Positions 9,400 to 21,532 of a DNA stretch of 64,000 nt are shown here, piece by piece (the first letter of the stretch is position 1; every line of letters starts with the position of its first letter). Both the position numbers and the translations under genes were made by a program. Origin of the DNA: Desulfosoma sp. (GTDB lineage: Bacteria; Desulfobacterota; Syntrophobacteria; Syntrophobacterales; DSM-9756); the NCBI GenBank assembly GCA_037481835.1, contig JBBFKW010000003.1:96001-160000 (forward strand), written 5' to 3'. The notes below the pieces were generated by a model. That model was given only the letters and a program-made list of their open reading frames with translations, searched no databases and was not told the origin of the DNA.

Positions 9400-9433
9400 G
9401 GCCTTCTGGACAGCGGTCTTGGAGGCTTTTTTT
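9400..9433 (+). terminator. intrinsic terminator (attenuator) in the panC leader
   Basis: GCCTTCTGGAC-AGCG-GTCTTGGAGGC followed by T7, ending 34 nt before the panC ATG. Confidence 0.7.
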
Positions 9434-9467
9434 ATGAACACCCGGCAGGCGCAGGAAAGGAGAAGCC

Positions 9468-10313
9468 ATGCGCGTCATCGACACCGTCGCCGAGATGCAG
9501 CAGCAGGCCAATCAGTGGCGTCGGGAAGGGCTCGTCATTGGGTTCGTCCCGACCATGGGCTACCTCCACGAAGGCCACCTGGAACTCATGCGGTGCGCCA
9601 AAGGCAAGAGCGATCGCGTGGTGGTGAGCATCTTCGTCAACCCCACCCAGTTCGCTCCGGGCGAAGATTTCGAACGATACCCCCGGGACCTGGACCGGGA
9701 CATGGGGCTCATGGGCTCCGTGGGCGTGGATGCCGTCTTCGCCCCGGCGGTGGCGGACATGTACCCCGAAGGGTATCAGACTTACGTGGAGGTCTGTGAG
9801 GTCACGCGACCGCTGTGCGGCGCGAAGAGGCCCGGGCATTTTCGAGGGGTGACCACGGTGGTCGCCAAGCTCTTTCACATCGTCAAACCCCATGTGGCGG
9901 TTTTCGGGGAAAAGGACTATCAGCAGCTTTTGACCATTCGACGCATGGTCCGGGATTTGGCCATGGACGTGGACATCGTCGGGCATCCCATTGTGCGGGA
10001 ACCCGACGGGTTGGCCATGAGCAGTCGCAATGTGTACCTCTCCGAGGAAGAACGTCGCGAGGCGCTTCTTTTGTCCCAGGCCCTGTCGGAGGCGTCCCGG
10101 CTCGTCGATGCCGGCGAGCGCACCGCCGCCGCCCTGGTCTCGGCGGCTCAAAGGGTCTTGGAACGGGGATCTCGAGTGCGCATCGAATATGCGGAACTGA
10201 GAGACGCCGAAACACTTCAGGAAATGGACACATTGGATCGGCCGGGCGTTTTGGCCCTCGCCGCCTATGTGGGCAAAGCGCGACTGATCGACAACGCCGT
10301 GCTTCGGCCTTAG
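9468..10313 (+). CDS. panC: pantoate--beta-alanine ligase
   Basis: FVPTMGYLHEGH, SIFVNPTQF, FGEKDYQQ and GLAMSSRN motifs. Confidence 0.96.
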   Translation: MRVIDTVAEMQQQANQWRREGLVIGFVPTMGYLHEGHLELMRCAKGKSDRVVVSIFVNPTQFAPGEDFERYPRDLDRDMGLMGSVGVDAVFAPAVADMYPEGYQTYVEVCEVTRPLCGAKRPGHFRGVTTVVAKLFHIVKPHVAVFGEKDYQQLLTIRRMVRDLAMDVDIVGHPIVREPDGLAMSSRNVYLSEEERREALLLSQALSEASRLVDAGERTAAALVSAAQRVLERGSRVRIEYAELRDAETLQEMDTLDRPGVLALAAYVGKARLIDNAVLRP

Positions 10314-10346
10314 GGCGCCGAAGCCGTGTTCCGGGGAGGACGAACC

Positions 10347-10724
10347 ATGCGACGGACCATGATGAAATCCAAACTGCATCGAGCCCGCGTCACCGACGCT
10401 CATTTGGACTACGAAGGGAGCCTCACCATCGACGCCCAGCTCATGGAGCTGGCCGATATTTTGCCCTACGAACAGGTGAGGGTGTATAACGTGAGCACCG
10501 GCGCGCGCTTCGAAACCTACGCCATTGAAGGGCCTGCGGGCCGCGGCGATATCTGCCTCAACGGGGCGGCGGCCCGCATGGGGGCGCCCGGAGATCTGAT
10601 CATTATCGTCACGTATGCCGATTATGAAGAAGAAGAGGCGAGGCGGCACAGCCCTCGGGTGGTGCTCCTGGATGCAGCGAACAAGCCCAAGAAACCGGAG
10701 CTGGTGCAGAATTGTCAGTCCTGA
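10347..10724 (+). CDS. panD: aspartate 1-decarboxylase
   Basis: KSKLHRA, YEGS self-cleavage site and CLNGAAAR motif. Confidence 0.96.
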   Translation: MRRTMMKSKLHRARVTDAHLDYEGSLTIDAQLMELADILPYEQVRVYNVSTGARFETYAIEGPAGRGDICLNGAAARMGAPGDLIIIVTYADYEEEEARRHSPRVVLLDAANKPKKPELVQNCQS

Positions 10725-11419
10725 AAAATTTGAGACATCGAATTCGGGGCTATTTCATAACGGGACTGCTCACCGTGGTCCCGCTTTCTTTTACGGTCTA
10801 CGTGATCAGCATCATCCTGAAGAACTCCGACAGGATCTTCAATCTCCTGCCGGAACCGTACAACCCCAAGCGATTGATTCCCTTTCCCATCCCGGGGTTG
10901 GGAATCGTGGTGGTCGTCCTTCTGGTTTTCGTCATCGGGGTGCTCGTCAAAAACTACGTGGGAAGCCGCATTGTCGAGTTTGGAGAGCGGATCGTTTACC
11001 AAATTCCTCTGGTGCGCCCCATCTATTCGGCGGTCAAGCAGCTCCTGGTGGCCATCTTCAGCCAGACGGGCGAAGGGTTCGAACGGGTGGTCTTGATAGA
11101 GTATCCTCGAAAGGGGATCTATGCGTTGGGATTCGTGACGGGGGTTTCTCGAGGTGAGGTCCAGGAGATGACGGAACAAAGGGTGCTGAACGTGTTCCTG
11201 CCCACCACGCCCAACCCCACGTCGGGCTTTTATCTCCTGGTCCCTGACACGGACATCATTCCCTTAAAAATTTCGGTGGAAGACGCTTTCAAACTCATCA
11301 TCTCTGGAGGGCTCGTGAGTTCCCAGGAGGGGCTCGCGTGGAACGGAAACGCGCGGCGCTCGACCCCACCAGGCGAGACGCCCGCACTCATCACCGTCGA
11401 CGAACGGAAGGGAGACTGA
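10712..11419 (+). CDS. DUF502 domain membrane protein
   Basis: [16 protein letters not shown] and [11 protein letters not shown] motifs; TTG start overlapping panD. Confidence 0.85.
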   Translation: MSVLKNLRHRIRGYFITGLLTVVPLSFTVYVISIILKNSDRIFNLLPEPYNPKRLIPFPIPGLGIVVVVLLVFVIGVLVKNYVGSRIVEFGERIVYQIPLVRPIYSAVKQLLVAIFSQTGEGFERVVLIEYPRKGIYALGFVTGVSRGEVQEMTEQRVLNVFLPTTPNPTSGFYLLVPDTDIIPLKISVEDAFKLIISGGLVSSQEGLAWNGNARRSTPPGETPALITVDERKGD

Positions 11420-11421
11420 CC

Positions 11422-13918
<2,497 letters not shown>

Positions 13919-14036
13919 GAGCCTGTCCGAGAATGGCATCTTCCTGGGAGCGCGGGCGTCTCGCCCGCTTCTCGTGCGGGCCGGAGGCCCGCGCTCCCAG
14001 GAGAAGAGGCCTTCGGGTTCGTTCTCAGATAGCCTC
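13919..14036. mobile_element. 118-bp MITE (type A)
   Basis: Perfect CTAG duplication (13915-13918 and 14037-14040); the left CTAG contains the ahcY stop. Only a few substitutions versus 3348-3465. Confidence 0.88.
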
Positions 14037-14062
14037 CTAGCCGGAAGAAGGTATTCAAAGCC

Positions 14063-15316
14063 TTGAGCGCGGCACCCGCACAAAACGCGACCCGTCGGTT
14101 GGAAAACGCCTTCGGCAAGGGCCTCATCGGGGTTTTGGCCGCCGTCCTCCTTTTTGGAGGATGCGGCCTTCTAAAGCCTCGGCCCAAGCCGCCGGAGCGG
14201 TTCGTGAAGGTTTCCCCGGGCCAGATCCCTCGGGGGGCGGACGATTTGGGGGGCGAGGGGTTGGAAAAGGCTTTGGAGCAGTCCCTGGTGTACCTGGATC
14301 GCGTGCGCGATTTTCGTCCCGTGGAATTAAACGAGCGCTCGGTCGATAAGGAACTCGTCCGAGCGACCCTGCTCCATTTTCTCCATCGGCTGCGGGCGAA
14401 CCGGCTGGATGCGCGCACCTTGGCCGAAGAATTCGACTGGTACACACCGAAGGTTCAGGCGGGGGAGGGGTCGCCCATGCTGGTGACGGGCTACTATGAG
14501 CCCATCCTTTCGGCGCGCCGCAACCCGGACGATCAGTACCGGTACCCCCTCTACGAGCCGCCCCCGGATCTGGTCCGGGTGGCCTTGGAACGCTTTCCCG
14601 CCGTCAAACTGGATCCCGGCGGGGTGCGCACGATCGTGGGGCGCGTGGAAGGCCGGCTGCTCGTTCCTTACTATTCCCGGCAAGAAATCGACGGCGGCGG
14701 TGCCCTTGCCGGAAAAGCTTCGGCGCTGGCCTGGCTGGACAATGCCTTCGATGCTTTCGTGCTGCACGTTCAAGGTTCCGGGATCTTGGAGTTTGAAGAC
14801 GGGACCCGGCGGCGCGTCGGCTATGCAGCTTCCAACGGCCATCCTTATGTCAGTGTGGGGAAAATCCTCATCGAAGAGGGTGTGATTCCCAGGGAAGAGA
14901 TGTCCTTGCAGAGCCTTCGGCGCTACTTTGCGGACCACCCGGAGAGGACACCCGACCTTTTGGGGCGAAACCCGAGCTACATCTTTTTCCGATGGGTGGA
15001 AGAAGGCCCGGTGGGGAGCTTGAATGTCCCTCTGACGCCGGGTCGTTCCGTGGCCTTGGACGCCGAAGTCTACCCGAAAGGGATCGTGGGGTTTCTCGAA
15101 GCGGCACTTCCGGACCCGGGATCCGCGGCACCCGGGGCGACGAAGCCCATGTCCCGGTGGGTGGTCCATCAGGACAGTGGGGGGGCCATCCGCGGCCCGC
15201 ACCGGTTGGATCTGTTCTGCGGCACGGGGCTGGAGGCCGAGCAGGTGGCGGGACGACTGAAGTCGCCCGGCCGTTTTTACATCGTGCTGAAAAAGGACAC
15301 CCGGCCTTCAAACTAG
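14063..15316 (+). CDS. mltA: MltA-family lytic murein transglycosylase (lipoprotein)
   Basis: Lipobox-like LFGGC, TGYYEP, HVQGSG, NPSYIFF and QDSGGAIRG...DLF motifs. Start uncertain. Confidence 0.88.
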   Translation: MSAAPAQNATRRLENAFGKGLIGVLAAVLLFGGCGLLKPRPKPPERFVKVSPGQIPRGADDLGGEGLEKALEQSLVYLDRVRDFRPVELNERSVDKELVRATLLHFLHRLRANRLDARTLAEEFDWYTPKVQAGEGSPMLVTGYYEPILSARRNPDDQYRYPLYEPPPDLVRVALERFPAVKLDPGGVRTIVGRVEGRLLVPYYSRQEIDGGGALAGKASALAWLDNAFDAFVLHVQGSGILEFEDGTRRRVGYAASNGHPYVSVGKILIEEGVIPREEMSLQSLRRYFADHPERTPDLLGRNPSYIFFRWVEEGPVGSLNVPLTPGRSVALDAEVYPKGIVGFLEAALPDPGSAAPGATKPMSRWVVHQDSGGAIRGPHRLDLFCGTGLEAEQVAGRLKSPGRFYIVLKKDTRPSN

Positions 15317-15415
15317 GAGCTTGTCCGAGAATGCCGATTTTGGTGCTTTATGGCATCCTAACTATCTGAATTTACGTTGCTCAGATCGGCAAGAATCGAG
15401 TTCTCGGACAGCCTC
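15317..15415. mobile_element. 99-bp MITE (type B)
   Basis: TIRs GAGCTTGTCCGAGAAT...GTTCTCGGACAGCCTC with perfect CTAG duplication (15313-15316 and 15416-15419). Interior homologous to 59270-59361. Confidence 0.85.
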
Positions 15416-15727
15416 CTAGGGCGACGGGGCGTTATGGTCCACGAGCTTATGAAACAGGAGCACCATTTCATCGAAGCTCCGGCACATGGCCCTGGCCGCC
15501 TCCACGGCGTCGGTTTCGGGAGGAGCCTGCGCGAAAAGACTTTGGAACAAAACGTGCTGGGCGGCGCGGAATCGGTCCGTCGCCCTTTCGCACAGGGCCA
15601 GAAGATGGCGCAGCAGATCATCGGAGCTCACGTCCCGGGCCAGTGCGTCCAGTTCGCGGCGCTTGGCGTCGTAGTCTTTGGCCAGGGAGACGAGCTCTTC
15701 CAAGGCGGTCGTTTGATTCTCGCTCAT
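15416..15727 (-). CDS. hypothetical helical protein (103 aa)
   Basis: ATG 15727 preceded by GGAG; helical amphipathic sequence. Confidence 0.7.
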   Translation of the reverse strand: MSENQTTALEELVSLAKDYDAKRRELDALARDVSSDDLLRHLLALCERATDRFRAAQHVLFQSLFAQAPPETDAVEAARAMCRSFDEMVLLFHKLVDHNAPSP

Positions 15728-16013
15728 GGGATGAACTCCGCAGGGCCGATCGCCCGAAAAAGAATGGGCGGGTGACAAAAGCGTCGGCCGTGACTAAAGT
15801 GAAGGAAATCCGGGAGAGGGCTCGGGCCCTGCCCAGAGCCCCCCGCTCAGATGGATGCGCCTTGCAAATTCACAGTTTTTTGGTATGTAATTTTTTCAAA
15901 TTCGACGACATCAGGGAGCCTTGGACTGCACAATGAGAAAGAACGATCCTTTGCGCTTTTCCGACCATGGCTATCGTGGTCTCCCGTACCTCTTTGAAAG
16001 CGGTGAACCTCAA

Positions 16014-17483
16014 ATGGCGGCGAAACTCCTAAAGATCCATGTGGCCGAGCACATCCGCATCCCGGCAAGTGATGTGTCGCCTCAGGTCATGCGGAAGATA
16101 CAGGATCGGCTGGTTTTTACCAATCCTGAATATGAACAGCGCCATTTGCGAGGGGAATGGATCGGGGGCATTCCGGCTCAAATCAATTGTATCCGCAAGA
16201 TGGGGTCCACCTACGTGCTGCCCCGGGGGTTCCTGGACCAGCTTTTGGATCTGTGCCGGAAGTTCCAGCAGCCTTACAAGATCATCGACAACCGGCGCGT
16301 GCTGGACCCGGTTCCCATGGAATTTCACGGGCAGCTCAAGGAATATCAGCTCCAGGCGGCGGAAGAAATCCTGGAACGGGATGCCGCGACCCTGCTGGGG
16401 GGCTACAAGAGCGGCAAGACGGTCATCGCCCTCTACGTCATCGCCCAGCGCAAACAGCCGACGCTCGTCCTCATTCCCCGCATGGACCTCCTGGAAGGAT
16501 GGCTCACCAAGATCGTCAATTTCCTCCAAATTCCTCTGGAGGAAATCGGCTTGTTCGTCCAGGGGCTCCACAAGCTGGGTGAAAGGATCACGGTGGCCCA
16601 CACCGCCGAAATGATGAAGGTGTGGAAGAAGGTCAAGGAAAGGGTGGGCTTCGTCGTTCTTGACGAATGCCAGAGAAGCCCCGCCAAGGTTCTCAATCAG
16701 CTCATCCCCAATTTCGACAGCCGGTACCTGCTGGGGCTGTGCAACGCCACGCAGCGCTACGATCAGCTTTCGCGGTTCATCTACCTCAACATGGGGGATG
16801 TGGTCTACAGCATCAACGAACAAGACGCCCGCGAAGGGCGGGGCATTATCCGAGCCCACGTGGTGGCGCGGCACACCGAGTTCGATTATCCCTATCGGGG
16901 CCGAGACGACTACGCCGCCATGCTCCAGGCCTTGATGACCGACGAAAAGCGCACGCGCATGATCGCCGATGACATCGCCGCGGAGCTTCAGGACTCCGAT
17001 CGGCCTTTGCTGGTGGTTTCCGGGGGCGAAATTCAAAACGCCGTGCTAGAGGCCGAATTGAGCCGAAGGGGTGTTCGGGTGCATATTCCGGATTGCCGGT
17101 GGGAGGAAGCCCCCGAGGACAATTCGGAAGATGCCGATGAGCCCATGGAAGGGGCGTGCCGGTGTCTGGACGACTTCCCGGAGGGGCCCGCGGCGGTGCT
17201 GATGAGCGCGGAGGATCTCCTGCGCTGCTACCGGCACGTGAGGACGGAGGTGCTTTTCCTGGCGGTGCCGCTTTTCTTCAAGAAAGCCGTCACCCATGCC
17301 ATCCGCGGGGTTTTGATGTCGGTTCCATCCAACGGCGGAAACGGCTCGGCGGCCTCGCTCAACGGTCGGCGTGTGAAGATCTACGACTACGTGGACCAAA
17401 AGATCGGCCTTTTCGAGAATTATTTCCGCATGCGCAGCTACAATTACGGAGTCCACCCGGACGTCCTTCTCAACAACAACTGA
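16014..17483 (+). CDS. SF2 (ResIII/DEAD-like) helicase-family protein with degenerate motifs
   Basis: LKEYQ Q-motif, YKSGKT, LDECQ and IYDYVD motifs; motifs III and VI are not canonical. Confidence 0.8.
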   Translation: MAAKLLKIHVAEHIRIPASDVSPQVMRKIQDRLVFTNPEYEQRHLRGEWIGGIPAQINCIRKMGSTYVLPRGFLDQLLDLCRKFQQPYKIIDNRRVLDPVPMEFHGQLKEYQLQAAEEILERDAATLLGGYKSGKTVIALYVIAQRKQPTLVLIPRMDLLEGWLTKIVNFLQIPLEEIGLFVQGLHKLGERITVAHTAEMMKVWKKVKERVGFVVLDECQRSPAKVLNQLIPNFDSRYLLGLCNATQRYDQLSRFIYLNMGDVVYSINEQDAREGRGIIRAHVVARHTEFDYPYRGRDDYAAMLQALMTDEKRTRMIADDIAAELQDSDRPLLVVSGGEIQNAVLEAELSRRGVRVHIPDCRWEEAPEDNSEDADEPMEGACRCLDDFPEGPAAVLMSAEDLLRCYRHVRTEVLFLAVPLFFKKAVTHAIRGVLMSVPSNGGNGSAASLNGRRVKIYDYVDQKIGLFENYFRMRSYNYGVHPDVLLNNN

Positions 17484-17600
17484 GACACGCCGGAAAAGAA
17501 CGCGATGTGCGTTTCCGCGCGGCGAAAGGGGTGTTCGGCCCTTCGGGCGGCGCCCCCAGCGCGGCGGGGGGCGGCGTGCGAGCGCAATCCGAAGGAACCG

Positions 17601-18431
17601 GTGGCGGAGCGTTTATTGAAAGAGCGCCCTTTTGTGGCCTTGGCCCCTTTTCTGAGGGAAGACCCTCGGGTGGTGACTTTGGGGGTGCGGCCCACTGTGG
17701 GGGATTACACAGCGGAAGAGCGAAGGCTCCTGCGGGAGGCGCCTTGGGTTCTTTTTCCGACGATGCGGTTCGTCGACGTCTTGGAAGGGGGCGGCTGCCG
17801 GTGTTTTCCTTCGGCGGCCACCTACCGCTATCAGCGATGGCGCCCGTTGCAGTGGTCCTTGGGGGCTTTCTTGGACCTTCCCATGGCTCGATCCCGAGTG
17901 TGCTACGGAGAAAAGGCCAAACGTGAAATCCCCCGGATGTTTCGGCCGCCTTTCCGAGTCCTGGGACCGCGGGTCGGCAGGGATCCGGTCGTTTGTGTAG
18001 ATTCCTGGGCAGATTGGGACGACGCGGCGCGACGGGCAAACCCCGTGATCGTCACCGAGTGGGTGGATTTTCGGTGGCGCCACGAGGTGTGGGTGGCGTG
18101 CGGCACGGTCATGGCTTGGAGGAGTGTGCCGTGGGACGGCGTGTGCGACGGCGGGGAAATCCCGTGGGTTCGGGGTCTTCCCCATGCCGAGATCCGGCAC
18201 GTGGCTGAGAGAAGCCTTTGGGTGTGCCGCCGCGCCGGCATCGACGACGGGGTGCTGTGTTGGGGAGCCCGGGACGGGTCGGCGGCGTTTTTCTTTGAGG
18301 GCATAAAACGCCCTCCGCCGATGCTGACAAATGGCGGGACTCGAAGCACGAGACCCGCTCTGATCTTTTCCGCCTTGGTGGAGAGGATGGATCTGATGCG
18401 CGATCATGAAGAGAGAGGAAAGCAGCCATGA
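17601..18431 (+). CDS. RimK-like / ATP-grasp-related protein, divergent
   Basis: VTLGVRP..DY...E..LL..A...FPT N-terminus resembles deltaproteobacterial RimK-like proteins. GTG start after AAGGA is inferred. Confidence 0.55.
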   Translation: MAERLLKERPFVALAPFLREDPRVVTLGVRPTVGDYTAEERRLLREAPWVLFPTMRFVDVLEGGGCRCFPSAATYRYQRWRPLQWSLGAFLDLPMARSRVCYGEKAKREIPRMFRPPFRVLGPRVGRDPVVCVDSWADWDDAARRANPVIVTEWVDFRWRHEVWVACGTVMAWRSVPWDGVCDGGEIPWVRGLPHAEIRHVAERSLWVCRRAGIDDGVLCWGARDGSAAFFFEGIKRPPPMLTNGGTRSTRPALIFSALVERMDLMRDHEERGKQP

Positions 18432-18631
18432 TGGATGAATGGGAAAAGGAATACGAAAAATCGGCGCAGATGGCCCAGCGCCATTTTCGAAAGGATGTTT
18501 CCGGGTTTCGAGAACGAAGGCGGTTGGAACTGGAAGACCTTCTCAAAACCGAACAGGAAAAGCCCGAGGACCTGAGGGACGAAGAAAAGATCCGATGGAT
18601 CCTCGAAGAATTGAGCACCGCCGGTGATTAG
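18428..18631 (+). CDS. small highly charged hypothetical protein (67 aa)
   Basis: GAGG RBS and ATGA overlap with the upstream gene. Confidence 0.7.
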   Translation: MMDEWEKEYEKSAQMAQRHFRKDVSGFRERRRLELEDLLKTEQEKPEDLRDEEKIRWILEELSTAGD

Positions 18632-18756
18632 CTTCCAAAGCCGGGTCGACGTCCTCGAGCGGATGTCGACCCGGCCGCTCTTCACGCCCACGGCCTTTAA
18701 GACTTTCCGGCTCCAACAACATACCGTGCTCCACGTTTCGCCAGAGGTCGAACACT

Positions 18757-21504
18757 ATGCCTGACGTCCAAAGACATTTTCGGCGCGCTCTCATTCTTTT
18801 CGGGGTGCTCTTTTCCATCGGCCTTCCCCTCTGCGGCTCTTTCGCCGAGGCCGCTGATCTTTCCGCGTCGGCCTCGTTCGTCGAACGACACCTCCAATCC
18901 CAAGGAGCGGACACCTTCGTGATTTTACGCAACGGCTTGACCGTCCTCATTCGCCCTCGAGAAGACACCGACGTGGTGGCCGCCAAGGTCTTTGTCCGGG
19001 CTGGATCCATTTACGAACAAGAAAAGATGGGTGCGGGCCTGTCCCATTACCTGGAGCATGTGGTGTCCGGGGGGACCACCAAATCCTTCACGGAGCGAGA
19101 AGCCCGGGACCGACTGGAAAAGCTCGGAGGCGCGACCAACGCCTACACGAGCCACGACCGCACGGTCTATTACATCACGACCAGTGCGCCCTACTGGCGC
19201 GATGCCCTGGATCTGCTCCTATCCTATGTGACGGAAAGCACCCTGGAGGACTCGGAGGTCGCCCGGGAAAAGGCGGTTATCCAGCAGGAATTCAAGCTCG
19301 GCGAAAACGATCCGCACAAAGAGCTTTGGAAACTGTTTATGAAAACGGCCTACCGCGTCCACCCTGCCCAGCACCCGGTGATCGGCTATGAGGAAGTGTT
19401 CGTCCAAACCAGCCGGGAGGACCTCCTTCGCTACTACACGGCCCGCTATCAGCCCCACAACATGGTGCTGGCCGTCGCCGGGCGCGTGAATCCCGAAGAA
19501 GTGATCGCCTTCGTGGGACAGAAGACGGCTTCCACCGCCCGAACGGGACAGGAGGAGCTTTCCCTGCCCCAGGAGCCTCCCCAGACGGGCCGCCGATGGG
19601 CGGAAAAAACGCTTCCCATGGCCCGCATGGTGCAAGCCATGGTGGGCTTCCGATCGGTCCCGCTGAGCCACGACGACCTTTACGCTTTGGACGTCCTGGC
19701 CATCGTGCTGGGCGAAGGGCGCACCAGCCGCCTCTACCAGCGGCTCAAGGACCGGGACCAAAAGGTCCTTCAGGTCAGCGCCTTCAATTGGACGCCTGCC
19801 TATGTGGACGGCCAATTCGTGGTATCCATGACGCTGGCCCCGCAGCACTGGCCCCATGTGCTGGACGCCTTAAAGGACGAAATCCGCCAGATTCAGGAAA
19901 AGGGCGTTTCCGATTCGGAACTGGAAAAGGCCAAGAAAAAAGTCATCGCCGCCCATGTGTTCGGAAAAGAAACCACGGAAGAAATGGCCTCTTCAGTGGC
20001 CTCGTCCTACTTCGACACCGGAGATCCGTATTTCGAGGATCTCTACGCGGAAAAGGTGCGGCGGGTGCGCAAGGCCGACGTGCAAAAGGCGGCCAAGCGT
20101 TACCTGGTGGAAGACGCCATGACCGTTGCAGTGATTCGACCGCAGGAGGTCGCCCGGGACGAAAAAGAGGCTGCGACGAGGCGCGGCGCAACCGGGACGA
20201 AGAGCCCGCAAGGGGCCGTGAAACGGGCGACGCTGCCCAATGGCCTCCGCGTGCTCCTCAAGGAAGATCACCGATTTCCCTTCGTCACCGTGCAGCTCTA
20301 CGGCATCGGTGGCGTGCTCCTCGAGGGTCCCGCCGAGGAAGGCTATGCGGCCATGACCGCCTCGCTGCTCACGGCCGGGACGAAAAAGCGGAGCAAGCTG
20401 GAAATCGCCCAGGCCTTGGAATCCGTCGGCGGGAGTCTTGCCAGCGGATCGCAGCATAACACCTATTACGTTGCGGCGAAGGTCCTGAGCGAAGATCTGC
20501 CGCTGGCTATGGACGTCTTGGCGGATGTGGTGCTGCACCCCGTTTTCCCGCTGCCCGAGGTGGAAAAGAAAAGGCAGGAGACCCTTCTTGCCATTCAAAA
20601 GCAGGATGAAAACTGGCAGACGGAACTCGCGCGTCTGTTCAAGAAGAACTTTTTCCGCGCGCATCCTTACGGCCACGATATTCTCGGGAGCGAAGCCTCC
20701 ATCCGAGCCGTCACCCGGGAAATGCTGCAGCGGTTTTATTCCAAGATGGTCGTGCCGCAGCGGGCTGTTTTGGCCGTCTACGGGGATTTCGATTCAGCCG
20801 CGCTCATGCCGCTCCTTAACAAGGCTTTCCAGACGTGGCGGCCTTCGGGACCTTCGGGCATGCCCGCCGTGCCGCAGGACGACGGCCGAATCCAAGGCCT
20901 TCACGTCGTTGAGAAAAAAAACGACAAGACGTCCCTCGGCCTCTTTGTGGGCACCCGCGGCTTGGATCTTCATGACGAGCGCATGGCCGCGCTGGATGTG
21001 CTGGATGCAGTGCTTTCCGGCATCGGTTATCCCGGAGGACGGCTTCACGCCGCTCTGCGAGGCGGAGACAACAATCTGGTGTACGTGGTGCACGCTTTTC
21101 CCTTCAGCGGCTATCGGGCGGGATACTTTGGCGTGATCACCCAGACGACCCAGAAAAACGGGCAGCGCGTGGAATCGATCATCCATGAACATCTGGACCG
21201 GATCATGAAGGAACCCGTTGGCGACGAGGAAATGCAGCGGGCCAAGGACATGGTGATCACCATGCACCTGCTGGAATTGGAAAGCCTGGAAGCCCAGGCG
21301 CGCAGCGCCGCCGTCAATGAGCTCCTCGGACTGGGCTACGATTACGCCGCCCGCTACCCGGACCTGGTGCGTGCGGTGACGGCCGAGGACGTCCGCAAAC
21401 TGGCGGAAGAACTCTTCGCCGGGCGCCTTGTGGTGCGCACCGTTCCCGAAAATCCGGTGGAAGCCCTTCCTGCGGACATGCCCGCCCCGGCCCATATCCG
21501 CTAG
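18757..21504 (+). CDS. M16 family (pitrilysin-like) zinc peptidase, secreted
   Basis: Signal peptide, inverted zinc motif HYLEH, NAYTS, and a second M16 half starting at TLPNGLRV. Confidence 0.92.
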   Translation: MPDVQRHFRRALILFGVLFSIGLPLCGSFAEAADLSASASFVERHLQSQGADTFVILRNGLTVLIRPREDTDVVAAKVFVRAGSIYEQEKMGAGLSHYLEHVVSGGTTKSFTEREARDRLEKLGGATNAYTSHDRTVYYITTSAPYWRDALDLLLSYVTESTLEDSEVAREKAVIQQEFKLGENDPHKELWKLFMKTAYRVHPAQHPVIGYEEVFVQTSREDLLRYYTARYQPHNMVLAVAGRVNPEEVIAFVGQKTASTARTGQEELSLPQEPPQTGRRWAEKTLPMARMVQAMVGFRSVPLSHDDLYALDVLAIVLGEGRTSRLYQRLKDRDQKVLQVSAFNWTPAYVDGQFVVSMTLAPQHWPHVLDALKDEIRQIQEKGVSDSELEKAKKKVIAAHVFGKETTEEMASSVASSYFDTGDPYFEDLYAEKVRRVRKADVQKAAKRYLVEDAMTVAVIRPQEVARDEKEAATRRGATGTKSPQGAVKRATLPNGLRVLLKEDHRFPFVTVQLYGIGGVLLEGPAEEGYAAMTASLLTAGTKKRSKLEIAQALESVGGSLASGSQHNTYYVAAKVLSEDLPLAMDVLADVVLHPVFPLPEVEKKRQETLLAIQKQDENWQTELARLFKKNFFRAHPYGHDILGSEASIRAVTREMLQRFYSKMVVPQRAVLAVYGDFDSAALMPLLNKAFQTWRPSGPSGMPAVPQDDGRIQGLHVVEKKNDKTSLGLFVGTRGLDLHDERMAALDVLDAVLSGIGYPGGRLHAALRGGDNNLVYVVHAFPFSGYRAGYFGVITQTTQKNGQRVESIIHEHLDRIMKEPVGDEEMQRAKDMVITMHLLELESLEAQARSAAVNELLGLGYDYAARYPDLVRAVTAEDVRKLAEELFAGRLVVRTVPENPVEALPADMPAPAHIR

Positions 21505-21532
21505 GGTGCGATCCGCGCGGGCCTCCGCCTTC

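Noticed and set aside
9278..9433. SAM-I riboswitch for the operon containing metK
   Set aside because: No ATC.AGAG...GAGGGA..GGCCC...GCAACC core is visible; the hairpin matches the pan motif description instead.
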